From contig LUJN01000040.1 in assembly GCA_001689445.1 (NCBI GenBank), forward strand, positions 2,467 to 66,466: a stretch of 64,000 bases of DNA. Reading direction: 5' to 3'. How positions within the stretch are numbered: position 1 is the first letter of the stretch; each line of letters starts with the position of its first letter. The position numbers and the translations under genes were made by a program. Origin of the DNA: Bacteroidales bacterium M3. Lineage in GTDB: Bacteria; Bacteroidota; Bacteroidia; Bacteroidales; Muribaculaceae. Below the pieces are notes generated by a model. It searched no databases. It saw only the letters and a list, made by a program, of their open reading frames with translations, and had not been told where the DNA came from. Positions 53,356 to 62,610 of this stretch are shown in pieces.

Positions 53356-54141
53356 TTACTCGTATTCGCGCGGGATGGCGACAATCTTGCGGTTGACACC
53401 GTTGATGAAGTCGACTATCGCCTTGCGCACGGGGGTATCGGCCACGTCGGCATCAATGCGGCGCAGGGCGTTGAACACTGATGTGCCACATTGGTAGACA
53501 TGGCGGTAGGCCTTGGCTATGTCATCTATCTGTTCCTCGGTGAATCCTTTGGAGCGCATTATCGTGGCGTTGATGCCGTAGTACACTGCCGGATTGTGGG
53601 CAATGATGACATAGGGAGGCACGTTGGAGCCGATGCGGCACCCACCTTTTACGAGCACCCAGTCGCCGACCTTGCACCCCTCATGTACGAGCGCGGCTGA
53701 CGAGAGGATGGTACACTCGCCTACCTCAACATCTCCGGCCACGAGAACGCCGTTGCCTATGACACACTTGCCCTTGATGTGGGTGTCGTGCCCGATGTGG
53801 CTCTCCGACATGATGAAGCAGTTGTCGCCGATGACAGTGGCCTGTCCCTGCCGGATGCTGCGGTTGATGATGACATGCTCGCGTATCACGTTGTCATCAC
53901 CGATTATGCAGTAGGTCTCCTCGCCTTTCCAACGGAAATCCTGGGGATCGGCACCGAGAATTGCGCCCTGGTAGACTTTGTTGTTCTTACCCATCTTTGT
54001 GCCGCGTATTATGCTGGCATAAGGGAGTATCTCACACCCGTCGCCTATCTCGACTCCGGCATCGACATAGGCAAATGGGTGTATCTTAACGTTTTCGCCG
54101 ATTACCGCTGAGGCATCGACATAGGCCAATGGACTGATCAT
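53356..54141 (-). CDS. lpxA: Acyl-ACP--UDP-N-acetylglucosamine O-acyltransferase
   Basis: 261 aa. A left-handed beta-helix of hexapeptide repeats from the N-terminus (ISPLAYVDASAVIGENVKIHPFAYV...) and a helical C-terminal domain. Confidence 0.85.
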   Translation of the reverse strand: MISPLAYVDASAVIGENVKIHPFAYVDAGVEIGDGCEILPYASIIRGTKMGKNNKVYQGAILGADPQDFRWKGEETYCIIGDDNVIREHVIINRSIRQGQATVIGDNCFIMSESHIGHDTHIKGKCVIGNGVLVAGDVEVGECTILSSAALVHEGCKVGDWVLVKGGCRIGSNVPPYVIIAHNPAVYYGINATIMRSKGFTEEQIDDIAKAYRHVYQCGTSVFNALRRIDADVADTPVRKAIVDFINGVNRKIVAIPREYE

Positions 54142-54178
54142 GGTGGTATATATTTTAGAATTAAAGCCTTAGAGAGTG

Positions 54179-55558
54179 TTACCGTCCTCCTCCGAGCGAC
54201 TGGTAGAGGTTGATAGCTGCCTGGGCCTTGGCGTGCTCGCACGAGATTAGCGACATCTGCGCGCCGAGCAGGCTCTGCTGGGCCGTCAACACTTCAAGAT
54301 AGGTTGAAGTGCCTAAAGTTAGCAATTCCTGCGTATATTCCACAGATTTTTCGAGATTTTCTACCTGATGGACGAGCAATGTCGCCTTCTCGTCGCTCTT
54401 GTTGAACAGTACCATGGCGTCGGACACCTCGGCCGAGGCACTCAGCAGGGTGTACTCGAAGTTGTTCATCGCCTGCTGCTGCTGTGCCTTTGCGGCCTCA
54501 AGGCGCGAGATGTTGGCACCACGCGAGAAGAGGGGGGCGGTGAGCTGGCCGGCGAGGTTGATGAAAAATTTGCCGGGGTTGGTGATGAGCGTACCGAGGG
54601 CGTTGGTGAAGCCGCCGTTGGCCGAGATGGTCAGCCCTGGGTAGAATGCGGCGCGGGCCTGGTTGGTAGCATAGTATGCGGCGGCGACACCCTGCTCGGC
54701 GGCACGCACGTCGGGACGTGCGGCAAGCTCGCGCATCGGTATGCCCTCGCGCACCATGGCCGGGGCTTCAAATACGGCATCGGCCGAGATGGCCCATGGG
54801 CGCGGGGCTACGTTAAGCAGCAGCGACAGGGTGTTGTTAGCCTCATGGAGCGACACCTCAAGATCGGTGATGGAGGCAAGGATGCTGTAGTAGTTGGCTG
54901 TGCTCTGCACCACGGCTGCCTCGTTGACACGACCGGCGAGCTTGAGGTTTTTCATCACCTCGACGCTCTGCTTCCACAGGTCAGCGGTGTTGCGGCTCAG
55001 TTTGAGCTGCGCCTCAAGCATGGCAATGGAGTAGTAGCAGTTGGCCACTCCGCCGATTATCTGCGAGCGCACGGCCTGGGCATATGCCTCGCTCTGGAGC
55101 AGGTTGGCCTTGGCGGCGCGGTTGGAGTTGAGCAGCTTGCCGAAGATGTCAATCTCCCAGCTAACCGACAAGGGTATCTGATAGGTCCACGACATGCGCG
55201 AGCCGTCAAACGACGACCCTGCCCCGTTGGGGGCGAGGGCCACCGACGGAAGATAGCTCAGCCGCGTCCCCTTGAGCTGGGCATGGGCTATCTCCACATT
55301 GAGGCGTGCGTTCTCAAGGTTGGTGTTGTTGGCGAGCGCCTGATTGATGAGGTCGGCAAGCACGGGGTCGGTGAACACCTGCTGCCAACGCAGGTTGCCG
55401 AAAGCGGCCGAGTCGACCTGCGCGTCGCGTGCCTCGACGTACTCCTGTGCAAGCACGTTGTCCGAAGGCATGTCAAACTTCTTGTAGATGTTGCAGCTCG
55501 TCAGCAGGCCGACAGCGACGGCGACAAGCGACAGGCGCGATATATTACGTAACGACAT
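54179..55558 (-). CDS. RND efflux outer-membrane factor lipoprotein (TolC/NodT family)
   Basis: Lipobox (GLLTSCN). Two repeated coiled-coil and barrel halves. It is the last gene of the adaptor-pump-OMF order. Confidence 0.85.
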   Translation of the reverse strand: MSLRNISRLSLVAVAVGLLTSCNIYKKFDMPSDNVLAQEYVEARDAQVDSAAFGNLRWQQVFTDPVLADLINQALANNTNLENARLNVEIAHAQLKGTRLSYLPSVALAPNGAGSSFDGSRMSWTYQIPLSVSWEIDIFGKLLNSNRAAKANLLQSEAYAQAVRSQIIGGVANCYYSIAMLEAQLKLSRNTADLWKQSVEVMKNLKLAGRVNEAAVVQSTANYYSILASITDLEVSLHEANNTLSLLLNVAPRPWAISADAVFEAPAMVREGIPMRELAARPDVRAAEQGVAAAYYATNQARAAFYPGLTISANGGFTNALGTLITNPGKFFINLAGQLTAPLFSRGANISRLEAAKAQQQQAMNNFEYTLLSASAEVSDAMVLFNKSDEKATLLVHQVENLEKSVEYTQELLTLGTSTYLEVLTAQQSLLGAQMSLISCEHAKAQAAINLYQSLGGGR

Positions 55559-55579
55559 TATCTTTTCCGTTTTATGGGG

Positions 55580-58500
55580 TTATTTCATTGAATATTGCTC
55601 GATTTCAGGCTCAAGACCCTCGTTCTCGGTGTCTTCCCACTCGATAGGCTTGATCTTCTCCTGGATGGCCTGGAACACCACAAAGAGGGCGGGCACGATG
55701 AAAATCTGGAGTATCATACCGATTAACATACCTCCGACAGCACCCGTACCGAGGGCATTGTTGCCGTTGGCGCCTACACCCGAGGCGAACATCAGCGGCA
55801 ACAGGCCGATGATAAGTGCAAACGAGGTCATCAGGATTGGTCGCAGACGGGCGGCGGCACCGGCGACGGCGGCGTTGACGATGCTCATGCCTGTCTGGCG
55901 GCGTTCAAGCGCAAACTCGACAATGAGGATGGCGTTCTTGGCCAACAGACCGATAAGCATGATGAGCGCAATCTGCAGGTAAATATTGTTGTCTATCGAG
56001 AATATCTGGGCGAAGATAAACGAGCCCATAAGTCCGAACGGTATCGAGAGAATAACCGCCCATGGCAGAACATAGCTCTCATACTGGGCACTCAGCAACA
56101 GGTAGACAAAGAGGAGACACAGGCCGAAGATGACGGCAGTGGCCGCGCCTGACGATCCTTCCTCCTCACGGGTCATACCCGAGAACTCAAAGCCGTAGCC
56201 CTGCGGAAGGGTCTGCTCGGCGACACGGTTGATGGCGGCGATAGCGTCACCCGACGAGAATCCGGGAGCGGGTGAACCGGTCACGGAGATGGACTGGAAC
56301 ATGTTGAAGCGGTCGAGCAGGTCGGGCCCGTACACCTTCTTGAGGGTGACGAAATTGGAGAGCGACGCCATATCGTTGCCGTTGCGTATCTTGATATTCT
56401 TCAGCGTCTCGGGCGACACGCGGGTCTCGGGTGAGGCCTGCATCATCACACGGTAGAGCTTGCCGAAGCGGTTGAAGTTGGAGACATACATACCGCCATA
56501 GTAACCCTGGAGCGTCTGTAGTATAATCGACGGGGAGATGCCTGCCTGCTTGGCCTTGGCAGCGTCTATGTCGACAAGATATTGCGGGAACGTGGGGTTG
56601 AACGTGGTGTAGGCCATCTGTATCTCAGGCTGCTGGTTGAGCGCTCCGAGGAAGCCCTGCACTACGTTGAAGAAGTCGTTGATGTCGCCGCCCGTGCGGT
56701 CCTGCATCTTCATCTCAAAACCGTTGGTCATCGAGTAGCCCGCAATCATAGGGGGCGCAAAGAACATCACGCGTCCATCCTTCACCTGCTGGCCGGCCAT
56801 GCCGTAGAGCTGGCGTACGATATTGTCGGAACTTTCCTCCTTGGAACGCTCGTCCCAGTTCTTGAGCTTGATGATGAACGTACCGTAGGTGGCACCCTGT
56901 CCGGCGATGAAGCTGTAGCCGTTGATGAGCACTCGCGACTGCACGGCGGGAATCTGTGCGATGATGCCGTCGACCTGCTCAAGTATCTCGCCTGTGCGCT
57001 CCTGCGAGGTGCCGGCGGGCATATCTATCACGGCGAATATCGTACCCGTATCCTCGTTGGGGACAAGGGCGGTCGGGGTAGTGCCCATAAGCCATACGAG
57101 CACGGCGATGGAGCCAGCCACGATGGCAAACGACACCGTCTTGGCCTTGATGAAGAATTTTGTGACCTTCTTATACTTCTCAAGCATACGGTCGTAGGAG
57201 GCGTTGAACGCCGCGTGGAAACGCTTCACGAAGTTGCGCCGCTCGCCCGTGTGGTCCTGATGGGGCTTAAGGAAGATGGCACAAAGCGCCGGGGAGAGGG
57301 TCAAGGCGTTGACGGCCGAGAAGGCGATGGCGATGGCCATCGTGATACCAAACTGGCGGTAGAACACGCCCGATGTGCCGGGCATGAACGACACGGGGAT
57401 AAACACGAGCATCATCACAAGGGTGATGGAGATAAGCGCGCCGGCTATCTCGCTCATTGCGTCGATAGAGGCGAGCCGTGCCGACTTATAGCCCACGTCG
57501 AGCTTGGCATGGACCGCCTCGACCACCACAATGGCGTCATCGACCACAATCGCAATCGCCAGCACAAGCGCCGACAGGGTGATGAGGTTGATGGAGAACC
57601 CGATGAGGTACATCACGAAGAACGTACCGACAAGGGCCACAGGGATGGCGATGGCGGGGATAATGGTGGAACGGAGGTCCTGAAGGAACACATACACCAC
57701 AAAGAACACGAGGATAAACGCCTCGATGAGGGTCTTGATAACCTCGTGGATAGAAGCGTCGAGGAACTCATTGTTGTTCAATGGCACGTCGATGGCGAGA
57801 CCGTCGGGCAACTGCTTCTTGACATCCGTGTCAAGGAACGACAGGATGTTGTTGATAATTTCGGTTGCGTTTGAACCCGGGGTCTGGAATATGATGGAGG
57901 TAACGGCGGGGTGACCGTTAAGCTCGTTGTGGAAGCCGTAGGTCACGCGTCCAAGCTCCACGTCGGCCACATCCTTGAGGTAGAGCACGTCGCCGTTGGC
58001 GTTGGCACGCACGACGATATTCTCAAACTCCTCGGGGGTGACAAGACGTCCCTTATATTTCATGATGTACTGGAAACTCTGGTTGCCCTGCTCGCCGAAA
58101 GCACCGGGAGCGGCTTCTATATTCTGCTCGGCGAGAGCCGCGGCTACGTCCGAAGGCATCAGCCCGTACTGGGCCATCACGTCGGGCTTGAGCCATATAC
58201 GCATCGAATAGTCGGCACCCATGACCATCGCGTCACCCACGCCCTGAATACGCTGTATCTGCGGGATGATGTTGATTTTCATGTAGTTTTCGATAAACTC
58301 CTCATCATACTCGTCGTTGGGTGAATAGAGGGCAATCGCCATAAGCATGGAGGTCTGACGTTTCTGCGTGATGACGCCGACCTGGGTCACCTCGGCGGGC
58401 AGCAGACCCTGGGCCTTGGCCACGCGGTTCTGCACCTCGATGGCGGCCATATCGGGGTCGGAACCCTGCTTAAAGTACACGTTGATGGTCGCGCTACCGG

Positions 58501-58756
58501 TATTGGTGGCGGTAGACTGCATGTAGTCCATGTTGGGCGCGCCGTTGATCTGCTCCTCCAAGGGGGCAATCACGGAGTTGAGCACGGCCTGGGCGTTGGC
58601 GCCGGTGTAGGTGGTTGAGACCTGGATGGTAGGCGGCGCAATGTCGGGATATTGAGTGACGGGGAGCGCAAGCAGACCGATAAGACCCAACAGGACAATA
58701 AAGATTGAGATAACCGTCGAAAGTACGGGACGGTTGATAAATCTGTCAAGTTTCAT
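55580..58756 (-). CDS. RND efflux permease (AcrB/MexB family)
   Basis: 1058 aa. N-terminus is FINRPVLSTVISIFIVLLG. It has twelve-TM architecture with two large periplasmic loops. Confidence 0.9.
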   Translation of the reverse strand: MKLDRFINRPVLSTVISIFIVLLGLIGLLALPVTQYPDIAPPTIQVSTTYTGANAQAVLNSVIAPLEEQINGAPNMDYMQSTATNTGSATINVYFKQGSDPDMAAIEVQNRVAKAQGLLPAEVTQVGVITQKRQTSMLMAIALYSPNDEYDEEFIENYMKINIIPQIQRIQGVGDAMVMGADYSMRIWLKPDVMAQYGLMPSDVAAALAEQNIEAAPGAFGEQGNQSFQYIMKYKGRLVTPEEFENIVVRANANGDVLYLKDVADVELGRVTYGFHNELNGHPAVTSIIFQTPGSNATEIINNILSFLDTDVKKQLPDGLAIDVPLNNNEFLDASIHEVIKTLIEAFILVFFVVYVFLQDLRSTIIPAIAIPVALVGTFFVMYLIGFSINLITLSALVLAIAIVVDDAIVVVEAVHAKLDVGYKSARLASIDAMSEIAGALISITLVMMLVFIPVSFMPGTSGVFYRQFGITMAIAIAFSAVNALTLSPALCAIFLKPHQDHTGERRNFVKRFHAAFNASYDRMLEKYKKVTKFFIKAKTVSFAIVAGSIAVLVWLMGTTPTALVPNEDTGTIFAVIDMPAGTSQERTGEILEQVDGIIAQIPAVQSRVLINGYSFIAGQGATYGTFIIKLKNWDERSKEESSDNIVRQLYGMAGQQVKDGRVMFFAPPMIAGYSMTNGFEMKMQDRTGGDINDFFNVVQGFLGALNQQPEIQMAYTTFNPTFPQYLVDIDAAKAKQAGISPSIILQTLQGYYGGMYVSNFNRFGKLYRVMMQASPETRVSPETLKNIKIRNGNDMASLSNFVTLKKVYGPDLLDRFNMFQSISVTGSPAPGFSSGDAIAAINRVAEQTLPQGYGFEFSGMTREEEGSSGAATAVIFGLCLLFVYLLLSAQYESYVLPWAVILSIPFGLMGSFIFAQIFSIDNNIYLQIALIMLIGLLAKNAILIVEFALERRQTGMSIVNAAVAGAAARLRPILMTSFALIIGLLPLMFASGVGANGNNALGTGAVGGMLIGMILQIFIVPALFVVFQAIQEKIKPIEWEDTENEGLEPEIEQYSMK

Positions 58757-58849
58757 ATATTGTGTTGACTCGTTTTTTGATGGATAAACATGGAGAGAGT
58801 TGCCCCGCCGGCAAGCGCGGGGAGATGAGGAGAGGACGGTCGGCGGGTA

Positions 58850-60031
58850 TTATTGTGCCTGCTGTGCGGCGGCCTGCGGCTGCTGCGCTGCCGCATCCAC
58901 GGGATTGATTACCATGTTGTTCTTCACCTGTGTGCCCACGCCTTCGACAACCACACGATCGCCGGGCTTGAGACCCGAAGTGACGACATACTCCTTGCCG
59001 TTGTTCTCGGGGGCAACCTGGATGTAGGTCTGCGCTACCTTGTTGGAGTCGCCTACGACATATACATAGCGGCGGTCCTGTATCTCAAACGTGGCCTTCT
59101 GCGGGATCACGAGCGCGCTGTCATTGTCCCGGGGAATGAGGATTGAGCCGGTCGAGCCGCTGCGCAGCATCCCGTTGGTGTTGGGGAAGAGTGCACGCAC
59201 GTTGGCCGCGCCGGTCGAGTTGTCGATGACGCCGCTCACGGTAGCCACGCGACCCTTGACGGGGTAGACCGTGCCGTCGGCAAGACGCAGTGACACCTCG
59301 GGCATCTCGTTTATACGGGAGTTTAGCGAGGCCGCGCCGTTGTCGGTGAGGTTGAGGATGTCTTTCTCGTTGAGGGAGAAGTATGCGTACACCTCGGAGT
59401 TGTCGCTGATGGTCGTCAGCGGCTGTGCCATCGACGGCGACGCGAGGGAGCCTTCACGGTTGGGGATGGAGCCTACCACACCGTCGCTCGGGGCTGTGAT
59501 GACAGTATAGTTGAGGTTCTTGCGGGCAGTAGTGAGGTTTGACTGCGCCTGGGCAAGCTGTGCCTTGGCCTGCAACAGGGCGTTGTCGGCCATCTGCCAC
59601 TCATATTCGCTTATGATATTCTTGTCAAACAGTGTGCGCTTGGAGTCGGCTGTGAGCTGTGCGGTGGCAACGGCACTCTCGGCGACCTTGACGGCAGCGG
59701 CTGCACCGTCCACGGCAGCCTGAAACTGTACCTGGTCGAGGGTGAACAGCACCTGTCCCTTTCTCACCTGCTGTCCCTCGTCGACATGCACCTTGGTGAT
59801 GAAACCCGTGACCTGCGGACGGATGTCGATATCCGTGCGCCCCTTGATGGTGGCGGGATATGCACTTTCGAGATTGGCGTTGCTGTAGGCAACGGTCATG
59901 GTCGCGATGGAGGGGGCTGCCCCCTGGGGCTGCTCTTGTTTTCCGCCACATGCCACAAGGCCAAATGACGCTGCAATCACGAGAGAGAGACCTGCGTCCT
60001 TAAACACTTTTACATTCATAAATTCTGACAT
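58850..60031 (-). CDS. RND efflux periplasmic adaptor (AcrA/MexA family)
   Basis: Lipobox (FGLVACGG). Has the typical blocks RPQVTGFITKVHVDEGQQVRKGQVLFTLD, a coiled-coil hairpin and a beta-barrel. Confidence 0.85.
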   Translation of the reverse strand: MSEFMNVKVFKDAGLSLVIAASFGLVACGGKQEQPQGAAPSIATMTVAYSNANLESAYPATIKGRTDIDIRPQVTGFITKVHVDEGQQVRKGQVLFTLDQVQFQAAVDGAAAAVKVAESAVATAQLTADSKRTLFDKNIISEYEWQMADNALLQAKAQLAQAQSNLTTARKNLNYTVITAPSDGVVGSIPNREGSLASPSMAQPLTTISDNSEVYAYFSLNEKDILNLTDNGAASLNSRINEMPEVSLRLADGTVYPVKGRVATVSGVIDNSTGAANVRALFPNTNGMLRSGSTGSILIPRDNDSALVIPQKATFEIQDRRYVYVVGDSNKVAQTYIQVAPENNGKEYVVTSGLKPGDRVVVEGVGTQVKNNMVINPVDAAAQQPQAAAQQAQ

Positions 60032-60277
60032 TAAACTTATTCTATTTTTTACCTTGAAATTTCTTTTCTCATTATGGAAAAAACCGCCAATGGATAATTG
60101 TCACATACTACCTGTGGATGGTTTCAGCGTGCAAAGGTAACAACGATTTCCTCTCTGCAACCCATTCATTGTCCGAAAGTTCCCCGCGATTAACTTTATT
60201 TAATCAAAACCAAACCAACGATTGGAATAAAATTCCACACCTCTATCCCTTTGGTAGTGCGCGTCCCATTATGGACT

Positions 60278-60408
60278 TGTAGGGGCGCTATACATAGCGC
60301 CCGCAGCGATGACAATCTGCAAGTTTTGCAACACTCCCGCTTGGCTCTGTGGTTCCTCGTGGTGGTCATTGCTTTGTCGATGCGGGCGCTATGTATAGCG
60401 CCCCTACA
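60278..60408. repeat. 131-bp element bounded by perfect 28-bp inverted repeats (MITE-like, paired-REP or inverton-like)
   Basis: tgtaggggcgctatacatagcgcccgca at 60278-60305 is the exact reverse complement of tgcgggcgctatgtatagcgcccctaca at 60381-60408. Each arm also contains its own hairpin (gggcgctat-aca-tagcgccc). The spacer is 75 bp. Confidence 0.85.
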
Positions 60409-60458
60409 GGGTGGACACTTTCACCTGTGCACTTTGGACTTTGCACTCGCGAATGTGG

Positions 60459-62285
60459 TCAGAATTTCTGCATGTCGACAAGGCGGCGGTAGAAGCGGTT
60501 GAGGGCAAACAGCTCGTCATGGGTGCCGCACTCGACGATGCGGCCTTCGTGCATCACGCAGATGAGGTCGGCGTTCTTGATGGTCGACAGGCGGTGGGCG
60601 ATGACGAGCGTCGTGCGGTTTTTCATCAGGCGTTCCAACGCTTCCTGCACGAGGTGCTCGCTCTCGGAGTCGAGGGCCGACGTGGCCTCGTCAAGGATGA
60701 GGATGGGTGGATTTTTGAGCACCGCGCGGGCTATGGAGACACGCTGCCGCTGACCGCCCGAAAGGCGGCAGCCACGGTCGCCGAGCATCGTGTCATAGCC
60801 ATGCTCGGTCTCCATTATGAAGTCATGGGCATTTGCTATCTTGGCTGCGGTGATGACCTCCTCGCGGGTGGCGTCGGAAACACCGAAAGTGATGTTATTG
60901 TAGAACGAGTCGTTAAATAGTATAGCCTCCTGGTTGACATTGCCCATCATGCCGCGCAGGTCGTGGACGCGCATGTCGCGCACGTCTATGCCGTCAATCT
61001 TGATAGCGCCCTTGTCGACGTCATAAAATCGCGGCAACAGGTCGGCAAGGGTCGACTTGCCCGAGCCGCTCTGCCCCACCAGGGCCACTGTGGAACCGGC
61101 AGGTATGTGGATGTTGACATCGTTCACCACCGGCGTCTCGCCGTAGGCAAACGTTACGTCGCAATACTCCACATCCCCCTTGAAGTCCTTGATTGTCTTG
61201 GGGTTCTCCGGGTCCTTGATAGGATTTTCCGCGCCCAGGATGCGGTCGACACGCTCCATCGAGGCAAGACCCTTCTGAACGGAATACATGGCCTTTGACA
61301 GCTCTTTCGCAGGGTTTATCATGCTGTAGAATATCACCATGTAGTATATAAACGAGGCGGCATTTATGGTGGATGAACCCCCGAGGATGAGCGTGCCGCC
61401 AAACCACAGGACGATGGCTATCGTCACCGTGCCGAGAAACTCGCTCATGGGATGGGCGAGCGACTGGCGCCGGGCCATTCGGTTGGATATGCGGTAGAAT
61501 GTCATATTCTCCTCATGGAAACGGCGTTTCACCTTTGCCTCGGCGTTGAAAGCCTTGATAATGCGCAGCCCCCCGAGGGTCTCCTCTATGTTGCTCATCA
61601 GCAGACCCCACTGATTCTGAGCCTCAAGGCTCTGCCGCTTGAGCCGCTTGCCAATACGCCCCATAATGAATCCGGCTATGGGAAGCAGCACAAGCACAAA
61701 GAGCGTCAACTGCCAGCTTATAGCCACCATCATGCCGAGGCATATGATAATCATCACGGGATTCTTGAACATCATGTCGAGCGACGCCATGATGGAGTTC
61801 TCGATCTCGGCCACGTCACCGCTCATGCGCGCCATGACATCCCCCTTGCGCTCGGTCGTGAAAAATCCTATCGGCAGTCCTACAATCTTGTCGTACACAT
61901 AGTTGCGTATGTCACGCACAATGCCGTTGCGCATAGGGATGACAAAGTAGGAGCTAAGATAAGTGACGCCGGTCTTAAGGGCCGTCATCACCACAAGAAG
62001 CCCCGCAAGGGCCGCAAGGGTGGCCGACGTTCCCCAGTTGAGTATCGCCTGTTGGGTGTAATAATAGAAGTTGTTGATTATCTCATCCTTCAGATCTCCG
62101 CTACCCCACGGCATAAAGCGGTATACGGTATCCTGCATCTGAAACAGCATCTCCAATATCGGTATAATCACCGCAAAGGAGAACAGCGTCAGCACCGCCG
62201 ACAGGAGGTTAAAGAGGATGTTGAGTATCAGATAACGCTTGTAGGGGGGCACAAAGCGCCGGAGAATCTTCCAAAAGTCTTTCAT
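60459..62285 (-). CDS. ABC transporter permease/ATPase, MsbA-like lipid exporter
   Basis: The start at MKDFWKILRRFVPPYKRY (62285) is preferred. Six TM helices are followed by an NBD with Walker A GQSGSGKST, signature LSGGQRQR and Walker B ILILDEATSALD. Confidence 0.85.
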   Translation of the reverse strand: MKDFWKILRRFVPPYKRYLILNILFNLLSAVLTLFSFAVIIPILEMLFQMQDTVYRFMPWGSGDLKDEIINNFYYYTQQAILNWGTSATLAALAGLLVVMTALKTGVTYLSSYFVIPMRNGIVRDIRNYVYDKIVGLPIGFFTTERKGDVMARMSGDVAEIENSIMASLDMMFKNPVMIIICLGMMVAISWQLTLFVLVLLPIAGFIMGRIGKRLKRQSLEAQNQWGLLMSNIEETLGGLRIIKAFNAEAKVKRRFHEENMTFYRISNRMARRQSLAHPMSEFLGTVTIAIVLWFGGTLILGGSSTINAASFIYYMVIFYSMINPAKELSKAMYSVQKGLASMERVDRILGAENPIKDPENPKTIKDFKGDVEYCDVTFAYGETPVVNDVNIHIPAGSTVALVGQSGSGKSTLADLLPRFYDVDKGAIKIDGIDVRDMRVHDLRGMMGNVNQEAILFNDSFYNNITFGVSDATREEVITAAKIANAHDFIMETEHGYDTMLGDRGCRLSGGQRQRVSIARAVLKNPPILILDEATSALDSESEHLVQEALERLMKNRTTLVIAHRLSTIKNADLICVMHEGRIVECGTHDELFALNRFYRRLVDMQKF

Positions 62286-62390
62286 TGTTAGTGAAATGGG
62301 TGTATTTGAGCCTGCAAAGATACGGATTTTGCCGCACAATCCCAAATAGCCGATTTTTTACACGAATGCCCAGGTCGGGACGCGGCGTGC

Positions 62391-62428
62391 GGCGTGGTAT
62401 TTGGAATATGGCGTGGAATTTGGAATAT
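62391..62428. repeat. 19-bp tandem direct repeat (ggcgtggtatttggaatat / ggcgtggaatttggaatat)
   Basis: Two adjacent copies differ at one position. They lie in the divergent intergenic region between the ABC exporter and the regulator gene. Confidence 0.85.
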
Positions 62429-62597
62429 AATGCGTACACACTTCCATGCAGCACCGAAAATACAAGACGCTTTACAGCATTGTTTTTGAGCACAAAATTA
62501 AGCCCCGACCGCCCATATCGGCACAAAATCGGGGTGGACAAAAGGGGGACACGTCCCGAAAAGGCGGGTACAACTTTTATCCGACAGGAAAACTTGG

Positions 62598-62605
62598 TAA
62601 ATTTG
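62598..62605 (+). promoter_or_regulatory. -7 promoter box (TAnnTTTG) only 5 nt from the start codon
   Basis: TAAATTTG is followed by cactc and then the ATG at 62611. Confidence 0.35.
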
Positions 62606-62610
62606 CACTC

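Noticed and set aside
54368-57874. Plus-strand ORFs 54368..55552 (394 aa) and 56582..57874 (430 aa) opposite the efflux OMF and RND pump
   Set aside because: These are antisense shadows. The second is extremely His/Arg/Asp/Gly-rich. The minus-strand genes are unambiguous.
60251-60502. 83-aa plus-strand ORF spanning the 28-bp inverted-repeat element
   Set aside because: The ORF reads straight through both repeat arms and into the 3' end of the ABC exporter gene on the opposite strand. It is almost certainly spurious.
61452-62291. 279-aa plus-strand ORF opposite the MsbA-like gene
   Set aside because: It is an antisense shadow with a His/Arg-rich translation.
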